A stretch of DNA of 56,497 nucleotides, filler included, from Stramenopiles sp. TOSAG23-3 (lineage: Eukaryota): the NCBI GenBank assembly GCA_900128585.1. It is 13 parts of 13 records of this genome, joined end to end, with 100 filler letters (N's around TTAATTAATTAA, not from the genome) between each part and the next. Parts side by side here need not be neighbours in the genome. Positions count along the whole stretch, not along the records: positions 11,745 to 13,318 come from LT645670.1; positions 13,419 to 14,991 come from LT645671.1; positions 15,092 to 25,372 come from LT642828.1; 10 more parts are not named here. One strand, written 5' to 3'. Position numbers and translations under genes: made by a program. Of the stretch, positions 11,745 to 22,800 are shown piece after piece. Each line of letters begins with the position of its first letter. The first letter of the stretch is position 1. The notes under the pieces were generated by a model, which ran no database searches, was not told the DNA's origin, and was given only the letters and a program-made list of their open reading frames with translations.

Positions 11745-12591
11745 TTCCTGTCCTTCGTTGCCGCGTCGACGCCCATTCTATACTTGTTCATCCATGCTGC
11801 CTCGGAACTTTTGATTGTCTGCTTCCCTTTGTAAGGCGCGTAAACGGTGTTCATATTGAGCTCCTGCCCTCCCGAGCGCATCGCCGTCGATGCGTCCGTA
11901 AACTTCAAGGCAGGCTGGCTTCCGCTCTGCATTTCAGCTATGTCGTACACAAATGCTGCAATCGGGTGAACCTCCTCCTGTTCGAAACGGCCTTCAGTGG
12001 TGCCGCATATCCCAAATATGCAAGGGACAACGTTCATTGCAATGCACACTAAAAGGATATTTCTTGACGTTTGGCTTCCCTGCTTTGCCTCTGGATGATC
12101 CTTCGACACCAGGCGTGGGACGGTCAAAACGTACGGTGCCAATTTGACGGTGAGCAAAAGAAGCAAGGCGCAGTTGACAAAAAATACAGAGTCTAGCTCG
12201 GCCAAAAATGATCCAAAAATGATCGTCGATTTTCTCATGTCCAGTGATTGATCGTTCATTGACATCTTTACGTGATCGTTCGAGACCTTGTAACCCACCT
12301 GATCGCAGATTATCCACAAGTTGCATAGAAAAACGAAACCCAAGTAAACGCACGCGCTACCAAAAAATTTCCCCTTCTGCGACGGCGATACAAAGAACTC
12401 AATCAAGTAGTAGAGTGTACCGATAGCTAACGATGAGCTTATGGTATAAAGCTGATGAAACAGAAGATGCACATAGAAGTTTCCCTCGGGCCACAGTCTA
12501 TAAATAACCGCATTTTCGACTTGAAGGAGAAGGCACAAAGACAAGTGCCAGTACGTTACAACGATCGGGACAGAGGGTGAGCTCCGGTCCA
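11745..12591 (-). CDS. Multi-pass membrane protein, 3'-partial (possibly the N-terminal TM region of a sulfatase/LTA-synthase-like protein)
   Basis: About five hydrophobic segments followed by a soluble region that runs into the gap; family guess from architecture only. Confidence 0.5.
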
Positions 12592-13418
12592 TTGTGCACG
12601 GCACAACTATCTATTAACAAAGGTTTCTCTCCTTTTCAGCGTTGGAAAGAAAGATAAAATGAGAGAAAATGATAACTTTTTTTTCTAATTCCAAACAATT
12701 GAAGAAGAAGGGATAATGACGAACGTTGTCATATGAAAGAGATTGCCGATCCGCCAATCGCAATCCAATCCCTGGGTTATTGCTCCGTCGTGTCTTCTCG
12801 TGTCCGTCGTCGACAACTACTACTACTACTACTTATTATTATTATTCATCCATATTTATTATGTACAGGTACGACGGTACACTATTATTAATACTTCTCT
12901 TCTTTTTTTTTTTTTAGACGACTAAGTAAATAATAATTTAGTCGTCGTCTTCTAATAAATACCGTACTGTACTAGTAGTATGTAATAAAATAATAACCCA
13001 AAAAAAAAAACAGAGGAGAAGTCCTCCTCTTATTATTATATTACGTACAATACGTGATGACTCTTTTTCTATTATTAGTGGAATTATTAGACGACTTATA
13101 AATAATACTACGATACGGTACGAAACCCGAACGGAACAATACACACAGCAAAAATAAAAAGAGAGAGAACGAAGTATAATACAAACGAACAAAAAAAGTA
13201 GTCGTCGTTCGTCGTCTTGTCTTGTTTATCGCAGATTCGCGTTTATTTTATTACTTGGTACGAGGATATGAGGAGTCCTTTTCAAATAAAATAGCCTATT
13301 ATCTATAGGCTAGACTATNNNNNNNNNNNNNNNNNNNNNNNNNNNNNNNNNNNNNNNNNNNNTTAATTAATTAANNNNNNNNNNNNNNNNNNNNNNNNNN
13401 NNNNNNNNNNNNNNNNNN

Positions 13419-13443
13419 ATAACAGCCAATTTTCTTGTTTTTA
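13419..13443 (+). repeat. Dispersed 25-bp repeat ATAACAGCCAATTTTCTTGTTTTTA, copy 1
   Basis: Exact copies at 32810-32834 (+) and 37961-37985 (-); degenerate copies at 37999, 38150 and 46472. Confidence 0.9.
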
Positions 13444-13655
13444 ATGAATTTATATCTAGTATGCTTTAAGACTCATATTTTTGTTATACTCAGTACTTCT
13501 CGCGTATAACTTTGGATAATACACGACGAACTCAGTACGAAGTACAATCTTTCTGGCGAACGGGATAGGATTATTTGTCCAGTGTCGTCAAATATTGGTA
13601 CCCGGTACCGTACGAGTTGGTGGTAAATTACGAAAATTATTTTAGAAATTTATAA

Positions 13656-14714
13656 TTGGATCCTCAAGCCCCAAGGGCCCGCATTGCAATTGTACCAGAG
13701 AGTATTGGGCGCCTTCAAAGACTGTCGGAATTGACGCTCCAGAACAATTCAATAAGTGCATTGTCTCAACAAATAACACGGTTAACATTATTGAAAACAT
13801 TTAAGGTTCGGCATAACCCCGTGGCATCGTTGTTGTCGTGGCACGGGGTTGACCCGGACGGTGCGGTACGAATCTTTCGATTCATGGGCGGGATGGTCGA
13901 GTTGGACATTTCGAATGGTAGGTTTGAGAGCCTGGTCGATGTACAGTTGGCGCTACCAATGCTTCGGAGGCTTAACGCGTCGAACAATTTGTTGAGAACA
14001 GTCGTAAGTGCAGGAGGGAGCCATGTAAGGGAGCTGGACCTGTCGAAGAACCCTGGGATGTATAGTGTGGTGTGGGAGGACGGTGAGTTAGAGTCGATCA
14101 AGCTGAATGGTTTGCTTAGTTTGCAAATCTTGAGTCTTAGGGGGAATCAATTTCAATCGATTGATGTGAACCATTTGACTGCTTTGACCTTTTTGAATCT
14201 TGGTAGAAACCAAATTCAATATATTGATCTGAACCGTTCGACTGCTTTGGTGGATTTGTTTCTTTGGCAGAACCAACTTCAATCGATTGATGTGAACCAT
14301 TTGACTGCTTTGACCTTTTTGAGTCTTAATGATAACCAAATTCAATATATTGATCTGAACCGTTCGACTGCTTTGGTGGATTTGCGTCTTCACAATAACC
14401 AACTTCAATCGATTGATGTAAACCATTTGACTGCTTTGACCTACTTGAATCTTGGTGATAACCAAATTCAATATATTGATCTGAACCGTTCGACTGCTTT
14501 GGTGCATTTGAGTCTTTACAATAACAAACTTCAATTGATTGGTGTGAACCATTTGACTGCTTTGACCTTTTTGAGTCTTGAAAACAACACACTTCAATCG
14601 ATTGATCTGACCGGTTTGCTTGCTTTGGCCTACTTGGATCTTCGCGGGAACCAATTGAAATCAATTAAAAACATCACTGGATTGAATCGCGCCATAACAA
14701 ACCTTGATATATAA
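13656..14714 (+). CDS. Leucine-rich repeat protein (21-aa LRRs), start uncertain
   Basis: Repeated LxxLxxLxLxxNxL motifs. The ORF begins at TTG just after an in-frame TAA, already within LRR-like sequence, so it may lack its 5' part. Confidence 0.85.
   Translation: MDPQAPRARIAIVPESIGRLQRLSELTLQNNSISALSQQITRLTLLKTFKVRHNPVASLLSWHGVDPDGAVRIFRFMGGMVELDISNGRFESLVDVQLALPMLRRLNASNNLLRTVVSAGGSHVRELDLSKNPGMYSVVWEDGELESIKLNGLLSLQILSLRGNQFQSIDVNHLTALTFLNLGRNQIQYIDLNRSTALVDLFLWQNQLQSIDVNHLTALTFLSLNDNQIQYIDLNRSTALVDLRLHNNQLQSIDVNHLTALTYLNLGDNQIQYIDLNRSTALVHLSLYNNKLQLIGVNHLTALTFLSLENNTLQSIDLTGLLALAYLDLRGNQLKSIKNITGLNRAITNLDI
14151..14654 (+). repeat. Four tandem 126-nt coding repeats (two LRRs each)
   Basis: Units start at 14151, 14277, 14403 and 14529 and are near-identical at nucleotide level. 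Confidence 0.95.
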
Positions 14715-14898
14715 AAACACCAAACTACACAACCGATCTTTTTTTTAATCCATACGAAACGTAATCAGTAGAAGAACAATGTAAAAATTATAAAATATAA
14801 AATACATCTCATCAAACTATTATGTATTTGATTTAAAATGAGAGTCTTAAAACATACTATATATTTTGGGTTTATATTAGAAAATAGAAGAGACACAA

Positions 14899-14934
14899 AA
14901 AGAAGAAAGAATGAAGAAGAAGAAAGAAGAAGAA

Positions 14935-14966
<32 letters not shown>

Positions 14967-14991
14967 AGAAAGAAGAAGAAGAAAGAAGAAG
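14899..14991. repeat. GAA-rich simple repeat at contig end
   Basis: Imperfect (GAA)n tract. Confidence 0.9.
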
Positions 14992-15257
14992 NNNNNNNNN
15001 NNNNNNNNNNNNNNNNNNNNNNNNNNNNNNNNNNNTTAATTAATTAANNNNNNNNNNNNNNNNNNNNNNNNNNNNNNNNNNNNNNNNNNNNATTATTTAT
15101 AAAATATATTTTCTACCGTAAGATTCTCTTAGCTAAACAAATTGTTGTTTCTGATTTCCAGGACGAGTAATGAACGAAAGATTTTTCTACGTCTGTAGTT
15201 CATTTGAATTGTAAATTCCAAAACCGGAAAAAAGAACAACTTTGCGATATCTACACA

Positions 15258-16463
15258 ATGCAAGACAAAACAGAAGACTACATGTCCCGGTCTCAACTTA
15301 ACCGTGGTTTGGGCCGTTTCGCGGCTCTCGGGACCGCTGTTGAAGAACGTGAACGTGTCCTTGCCCTGGAAGAAGCACTTCAACAAAAGACCGATGAATT
15401 TGAACAACGTAATACATTGTTGATCCGGAGCAAAGATGCGCTGGAGGAACTAGGAAAGCGATGCACGGAAGCCCAAAACGTTGCGGAACAACGAGCCGCG
15501 GAGTTAGAGGCCGTTGGGAGCGCCCTCGAAGAGGCACAATCTGAACTAGACACAGCGAAGCAAAACCATAAAGACAAAATTCAATCCATGACTGTTCGCT
15601 GTGCAACGCTGGAATCAGAAGTTTTACAACTGAAATGTACCGAGCGGAAACATAAACAAGCTGCCAGAGATGCCAAAGAGTCAAAAGAGGAGGCAGGCGC
15701 CTTGCGAGCAAAGCTGAAGAAACTGATGTTCGACAAGGACGAGTGTGAAGCCCGCTTATTGAAAGAGTGTGCTAAACTACAATCGGACAACGACTTGCTT
15801 CGAGAACAAGGCATGGAAATGAAGCAAACCGTTGAAAGCCTGATGGAGAAACACACTTCTTGCTTGGAAAAAATGAAGGTTCTTGAAACGGTTAAAGCCG
15901 AACCAGTACTCCCTGTTTCGAAACCGGCGAAAGAGATCCCGAAGAAGTTCGTCGAGGCAGTAGGACTAGCAGAGCAGTTGAATGACCCGTCAAGACCCGT
16001 CCAAACTGGTCAAAAAATATTCCAGAATCAACTAGAAAGTTTGAAGCAACTGTTAAACCAGGAGCAGCAGGACACGTTGCATTTGAAAGAGCAAATCGCC
16101 GTAGAGAGACAGTTGCGGGAAAATCTTCGCGTCCGTTTGGATCATATGGAGCACGAAGTGCATCACTCCATCCAACCTACTGCATCAGGAGAGAAGAATG
16201 GGAAAACAATAATAGTGATGGCTCCGTCTTCAAACAATGCTGAAAATATTGTATTTGAAAATGCCAGGTCTCATAATCAGGAAAATGTAAATAGTGTAAA
16301 CCACAAGCCTGGTCAAATAGCAAAAAAGAAGAAAACGGCAGTTAAGAAGAAGAAGAAGAAGAAAAAGCGCCCCGTAAAAAGTCGGAAGAGAAGTCAAACC
16401 ATTCAACTACAGATACCAAAGTCTACCGCGAGAGTCCTGCTGGCCTACCGGGAAAATTTGTGA
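15258..16463 (+). CDS. Coiled-coil protein with Lys-rich C-terminus
   Basis: Long E/K/L/Q-rich heptad region; ATG at 15258; poly-Lys NLS-like tail. Confidence 0.75.
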   Translation: MQDKTEDYMSRSQLNRGLGRFAALGTAVEERERVLALEEALQQKTDEFEQRNTLLIRSKDALEELGKRCTEAQNVAEQRAAELEAVGSALEEAQSELDTAKQNHKDKIQSMTVRCATLESEVLQLKCTERKHKQAARDAKESKEEAGALRAKLKKLMFDKDECEARLLKECAKLQSDNDLLREQGMEMKQTVESLMEKHTSCLEKMKVLETVKAEPVLPVSKPAKEIPKKFVEAVGLAEQLNDPSRPVQTGQKIFQNQLESLKQLLNQEQQDTLHLKEQIAVERQLRENLRVRLDHMEHEVHHSIQPTASGEKNGKTIIVMAPSSNNAENIVFENARSHNQENVNSVNHKPGQIAKKKKTAVKKKKKKKKRPVKSRKRSQTIQLQIPKSTARVLLAYRENL

Positions 16464-16834
16464 GGGGATAGTGTCGCGAGCACCGTTTATAATAAGACTT
16501 AAAGACACGCACAAATTTTAAGAAGCTTGAAAGATTAATTTCTTCGTCCTTTAATTCTTCCTTGTGAAAAGCATACGAATAGTTATCTAAGATTAGTTAC
16601 GAAGTGCTGAGTGATGGTTTGCATTCCTTCATGAACTGCGAACTTATACAATATAATTTAAGAATTTATCACACATGAGTATCATATAATTTATTCCAAC
16701 ACTCGTTTGTGTTAAAGCTTAAATTTAAGAATTAAATAATTCGCTTGCAACATACGCTGGAACAGTAAGTCACGACTTCGCAGGAATCGATCGGTATCCC
16801 ATCGCAGGTGGCAGCCTCGCACCCTCTTTACCAC

Positions 16835-19800
16835 TTAGTTCATTCGACCTACGCAATTAACGGACCCACAATTGCATTGGATTGCATCTGCCTCCACAGG
16901 AAACTGGTAATCGTATACAATCTCTTCCCCGGCAGATATTTGTCTGTTGCTAAAAATGATTATGTGCTTTTGCTTATTAACGGAGACGACTTTGGCGTAG
17001 CAGTTCGGATCACAGCAATGGTTCATAAAACGGGCCATGTTACCTTTGTGGGTGGCATCAATAATGGTATTACTATCAAGACGAAACATGTAACACCCAC
17101 CCATATCGTGAGTCAAGTCGTATATTTTTTCCCTTTTGTCAGCTTCAATTGCACGAATTCTTTCGCCAATGTATTCAATGACCATATCATTAGAATCAAT
17201 GTCTCTTTGCGCAAAGAGTCCCCAGCGGTGTATTGGCGATCGTTTTACCTGTACACGCTCCCAAATATTCTCACTTTTCAGCTTTTGGTATTTTATTACC
17301 ATATGACTAGCTACCGAATTTGCATCTCCAGCAGTTCTGCGTCGAGATTTTGCCGCCGTACCCCCTCCATTTTCATTCTCCGCACCATTGTTTTTCTTTT
17401 TCAGCACTGTTAGTCCATCACTTCTTGCATTAAACGCGCAGGTTCGGCTGGGTAAGACTTCTGTCACTGAATTTCTTGAAGATCTTTCTTTTGCCATCTT
17501 CACCTTGAGCACCTCCATGCTTGATGGGGTGACGTACTTGAAACGGTAATTTAAAGAATTGAAGAAGCCTTTATCAAACGCGTAAAATGCAGTATTTGGA
17601 AGAGCTTCGATGCGCCTGCATATAGCAGGAACTCTAAAACCAAAGAAAAAATCGCCGCTAAGGCCGTAACAATTGTCTGAAGCAGCACGGGTAGTCAAAG
17701 CATTCCTGGCCGCAACGTACTTCTCAATACCCTTTCCTACGGTTTGCGTCGCAGCACTGTATAAGGTTTCAATTTTACTTCTTAGCAGAGAGTACAGAGT
17801 GTGAACATTGTCCGACTCCAATACTGATAATGGGCTCCCTATCGGGCAATCGGAGGCAGTTATACGGAAGAATAGTTCCTTCCCCCTTGTCTTTTCTCCT
17901 GATAACATTACCTTATCCACGTCCTTCAAGAGCACTTCACACAGGTACACGCATCTTTTGAAAGGCCGCGTGAAACTCCAAAATATGCGCAAACTTTTAT
18001 ACCCAACGGGGTATATGGTAGCCTTGGAGTAATACTGACCACAATACACAATATCTCCTTTTCCGGAATACGAGGGGATTACTACTTTTCCTAACCGCAA
18101 CAACGTCAGCGTTCCAATCCGAAAACATTGAATATCGCCTGGGATAGTTTCTGGTGGAACATACGCCGTTACGTGCCGGTTGACAACGCTGATCGATAAC
18201 GTTGGTAAACTTTGGTCAGCACATTGCGCGCATACAACAGCCCCTTGCCTATTTTGGCGAACATTTGCCTGGATTGCACAATGTACATGGAATGATGCTT
18301 TACAACGCGTCTTGCTGCACCCCATAGTAGCACCAATTTTGCCACACAATGAACATAAACTAACGTTGCTCGCTGTCTTCTTCCCTCTTCGCACGGCCTT
18401 TTCCAGGTGAAGAATAAGTCCCGTCTCAGACTCACAAATTTCTGACGAATATAAAGCGCAATTTACATGGCACCATGCATAATCTGGTAGCTGAATCATT
18501 CGACCATGCAAGTTTGAATCGCCTATTTTTGAACAAAACACGCATCGCCGGAAATCTTTCCATATGTTTGCGCTCGTGGTTACCGTATCGTAGCCTTGCA
18601 GCCGACTTTCTGCCAAGTTTATATAGTCTGGTGTTGATGCATGGAATGAAAATTCTGTACTTGGCATGGTGCCAAGACGTAGAACGCCACCGCCCTGCTC
18701 CAATGTTAACAGTGGAAGAACATGTGCACTTCTAGTGCTTTCCAACGACAGTCGATAAGTTTGAATGTTTTTTACGGCGCAGTGAACCTGTTGCCCGGCA
18801 TGATAATTGCCGTATTCGATACCATCCATACATACGGGGCGGCAAAGAGCGCAGATATATTCCACCGGTGATAATTCATATTTCGAAACTTCATTTTCTT
18901 CTTCGCACGTATAATGTACCAGACAATTGCAATGTCCGCACACAAGAGCATCTCCGGTGCACTGTTCCATGCAAATTCGGCAGTTGTTCTCCAGCAACTT
19001 TTGTTGGTCTTCTTCAATATTTTTAAACTTTTCGCACACTTTGCACTCATTTCCGACTTGTTCGCCCCATCTACAACGTTTGTCTTTACCTTTTGCTCCC
19101 GCGTTGGCAATAAAATTGCACGACGGGCAGTTTAAGCACCCAGCACAAACCCAGCCTGATGCTGGTGGGGCGTTCAGCGGCGGGTTAAGGCATTCCAAAC
19201 CGTAGACACGGTCGCAGACGTCGCACAGAATAAGAGTTTCATCACTGTGCGCCTCGCCACATGCCTCGCAAACTTTGCAATTTGTACAGCGCCATGAGTA
19301 ACTATTTTCTGCACTTACATTATTTGTTCGGCCAACACAATAGTAATGAAACGCTTCGCCGCATTCAACACAAAACAAAACATCCTTTTCGCCGTTGCTA
19401 CCACAAATGCCACACATGTCCACCCACCCTAGCGTATACGCCTCTTTCTCCGTCTGGTAGGAAATAGCTTGGAAAGGGATTGATGAAAGCAAGGTTTCGC
19501 TGTCCTTCCATATATACCATTTGTCCATCGCTTTTCTTTTCTCTTCCGATAGCTTGCGTTGTTTTTCTTTCTCCTCCCGTGTGCTGATAATTGCTTTCTT
19601 CGCAAAATCTCTTCTCCGCGGTTGTTCTAACCGACCTAATTCTTGGATATACTCTCCCGGCACCCGTGAGAATTCCGAAAATGTTTTGTCAAAAATAGGG
19701 TTGCACGCTTCAAGAAATTTCCAGGCTTCTCTCCAAACCATTGTGCTCGTGCCGTTGAAGACCGCCGCATTACGCACTAGTAGGCCCAAGTCATTGTGAA

Positions 19801-22800
19801 ATTCGTTGATACTATTGGCTAAACTGTATTGTTTTGACGATATTTTGTCCGACATCAAACCCAGGCACATCGGCTTCTCGATAACGTTCTTGTAAGTTGG
19901 GGCCATCGCCGTTGTAACAGGCATGGTGAAGAAGCAATATTTATCAAGCTCCCTCATTTTGTCCACAACATTCTGCATTTGCTTAAACGTGCAACTACTG
20001 CACGTAAACGTTTGAAAGGTAACCATAGTCTCCTTAACGATATCAGATTCTTTCGCACTAGTACTGTCAGCCAGTTCGTGATTTTCGTGGCTGTTTTGGT
20101 GGTTGTTTTGGTGGCTGATTTCGTAGTCGAGCAAGTAACGCTTGTAAATAGTTTTCAACCGAAAGCTCGCAGAGGTATCAGTTCCGTTGTAATTTTCTAG
20201 GGAACGGAATATCGCTAACCACCCCCCTGGCTTAGATGTCACTTGATCATTCCCGCCGCGTGTCTGGACTTCCAAGTAGAGACGGTGCAAGTTTAGCTCC
20301 CTACCCCCGAGAATCAGCGACCGCAACCGGACGCCTTGACCTGTGCTTTCGTAGAAATGTTGAAGCTTTTCTAAAAAGACTCTCGTGTCGTGCTGTTTCG
20401 ACAGCGTCGTCGTCATCTCGCTGCAGTGTCTTTTTTCTTGGTCACTAATAACATTAACGACCGAACTGCCTGCTGAAATTTGAAGGCCAGGGTTCGGAGC
20501 ATTCGGAGCATTCGGAGCATTCGGAGCAGCACGGGCTTCAGCATCTACGTTTAGGGTCCCGGTATCAGCGACCTCAGACTCCACTATTTTTGTGCCAGAT
20601 GGCTGGGCGCTGCCACTTTCGCCTTTTTCCAGTGGTGTATCAAAGGCGTGCACAGCTTTGGAGGAAAATTCCTTCTTACTGCGACGCTTTTCCAGTACCC
20701 ACTGTTTCCATCTTACGTCTGAAAAAGATGACAATCTTCCTCGTTTCCTGCAAATGGTGCAAGCATACTTTTGTCCACGTTCGATGCTCTGTTTTTTATG
20801 AAATTTAACTGTTTTGCACAGAGTATTGCAACACAATATTTCAACGGGATCCATGCGGTGTACCGTTCTGCAGTGTGTAACCATGTCTTCAACGTATTGA
20901 AAAATGTACGGGCAGCAAGGGCAAGTGTTAAGCTTATTGGTGCGATCCTTTAGCGACCAGTTTACTGCAATCGGCCGAAATTTAAATTTGTTTTCATCTA
21001 ACTGTGACATATGTTCCTCTTGACATTTTTTGTGAAAGAATGATTTGCATTCAGCACAGTACATAGGAATTTTGTCGAGGTCGTCAGAAAATGTGCCGTA
21101 GCAAACTGAGCAAAATTGGTTAACTTCCTGCTTTGGGGCACAATCACCGCAGAACAATTGCGGTCCAAGCTTCGTGCTGCACGTCTGCCATTTTACGCGA
21201 CCCTGCTGGGCTAATACATTGCCGACCGACCCGTCACCCTGGCAGGAAAAGCACTTTGTAGAACATTTTAAGCACATAAATGGTTTTTGCATGGAACCGT
21301 GGTGCGTATAGCTAGGTTGCATACACGTCATATGCACGAGACTGCCGCAATTTTCACACTTGCACGCTGGAACTGGATTACGAACTAAATTAGGAAACAG
21401 TGCTAACTGCCGGCAATCTGCAGCCGACAGCACGCCGATCGATTTAACACCTACTGAGACGTCGCAGTGCACGCAGCATTCGCCGGGGCCATCTTTGTTT
21501 GGTCCCGTGTCACTGCTTACTATGCCGTGTAGGGGCGCAGGCGGTGATGGGTCCGAAGCGTATGTTATGTAACCACTGACGATCAGAAATTGTAAGTCCA
21601 CCCACTCGGCAATGGTGTGCGATGGGGCAATGAACGGTGGAGTGATTAAATGCTTTTTAGAGGCAATATCGTACTGAACAACGGTGACATTCTTCTGTGT
21701 CTTGACGACTACCAGCTGCTTCCCTACGCCATGTGCACTGGTTCCCGCAAACATAGAGCTAGTTTCCATTTTACGAGCTGTTTCTCTGACTCGGAAGGCT
21801 ACTTTCGTTTCATGCTGAGCTTGTTTCAGCAGGCTGTGCAGCCATTCTTTTAGTAGCCCTGTTGCTGAGCTGACACCACGCTTGCCTATTGTTATGGATC
21901 CATCTGCGCCGTAGAGTGCCTTTTTGCTGCATGCTTGCTTCAAAAGGATCTTGCACGTTGCATTTTTTTCAAAAACTCGGACGATGATTTGTAGATCTGG
22001 GTCATACGCCGCTTCGAACCACCTGTGCGATGGACCATACGGAGTAAAGACTTCTGCAGGCTCCTTCCTGTTGTCGTGCTTTGCCCATAACATGTACGGC
22101 TGTGAGACCAAGCATGGTAGACTGCTTAAGTCCACCCACTTTGCCGCTGAACTGTGGAGGACGACCAAGTGGAGCTGTTTGTCCGAGTCATAGCGGACAA
22201 TGCGCCCATTCGAACGCCTGCTCCCGGGTGAAAGCACTAAAACGATCCGACAGCCGAGAACACTGTTTCCATCCTCGATTATGTTCTTGTGTTCCAACAA
22301 AACATTCATTGTTTCCCTTTCGAGCTCAGTATTGAGTTTTTCGGGTTCTTGGTCGCTCTTCTGGTCGTCATCGCTGGTGCTGCTGTCACTCTCGTCACTG
22401 CTGCTGCCTTCTTCGCTCGACGATGCGCTTTCGCTGTCGCTTTCGCTGTTCGACGAAGAGCTTGAACAACTTTCATCGCTGTTTGCACCAGTTCTAGCAT
22501 TTGTGTCAATTGATTGCCACAGTCCTACTGTGCATGTACATTCTGGGCAGAACCACTCGCCGTCAGGGACAGTCGTCAAAGGAGGAACCAGGCAATTGCC
22601 GTGGTACTCCCCATCGCAGCCGTCGCACAACATTATGAAAGAATCTTGGGTCTCATCCGGAAGCTTGCATATTTTGCAGCCCAAAGGTTTCTTAGCTTCT
22701 AACTGAATTCTCAATTCGTGGCGTTGTTTTACAAACCGATCATGACCTGTGGCTACACAATAAGGGCAGCACCATATCTCTTCTGTCGGGTGACTCTGTA

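Noticed and set aside
14151-14654. CRISPR array or diversity-generating retroelement
   Set aside because: The repeats are in-frame coding LRRs without spacers. Differences are not adenine-specific (third positions vary, neighbouring AAC codons are invariant), and no template repeat or RT is visible.
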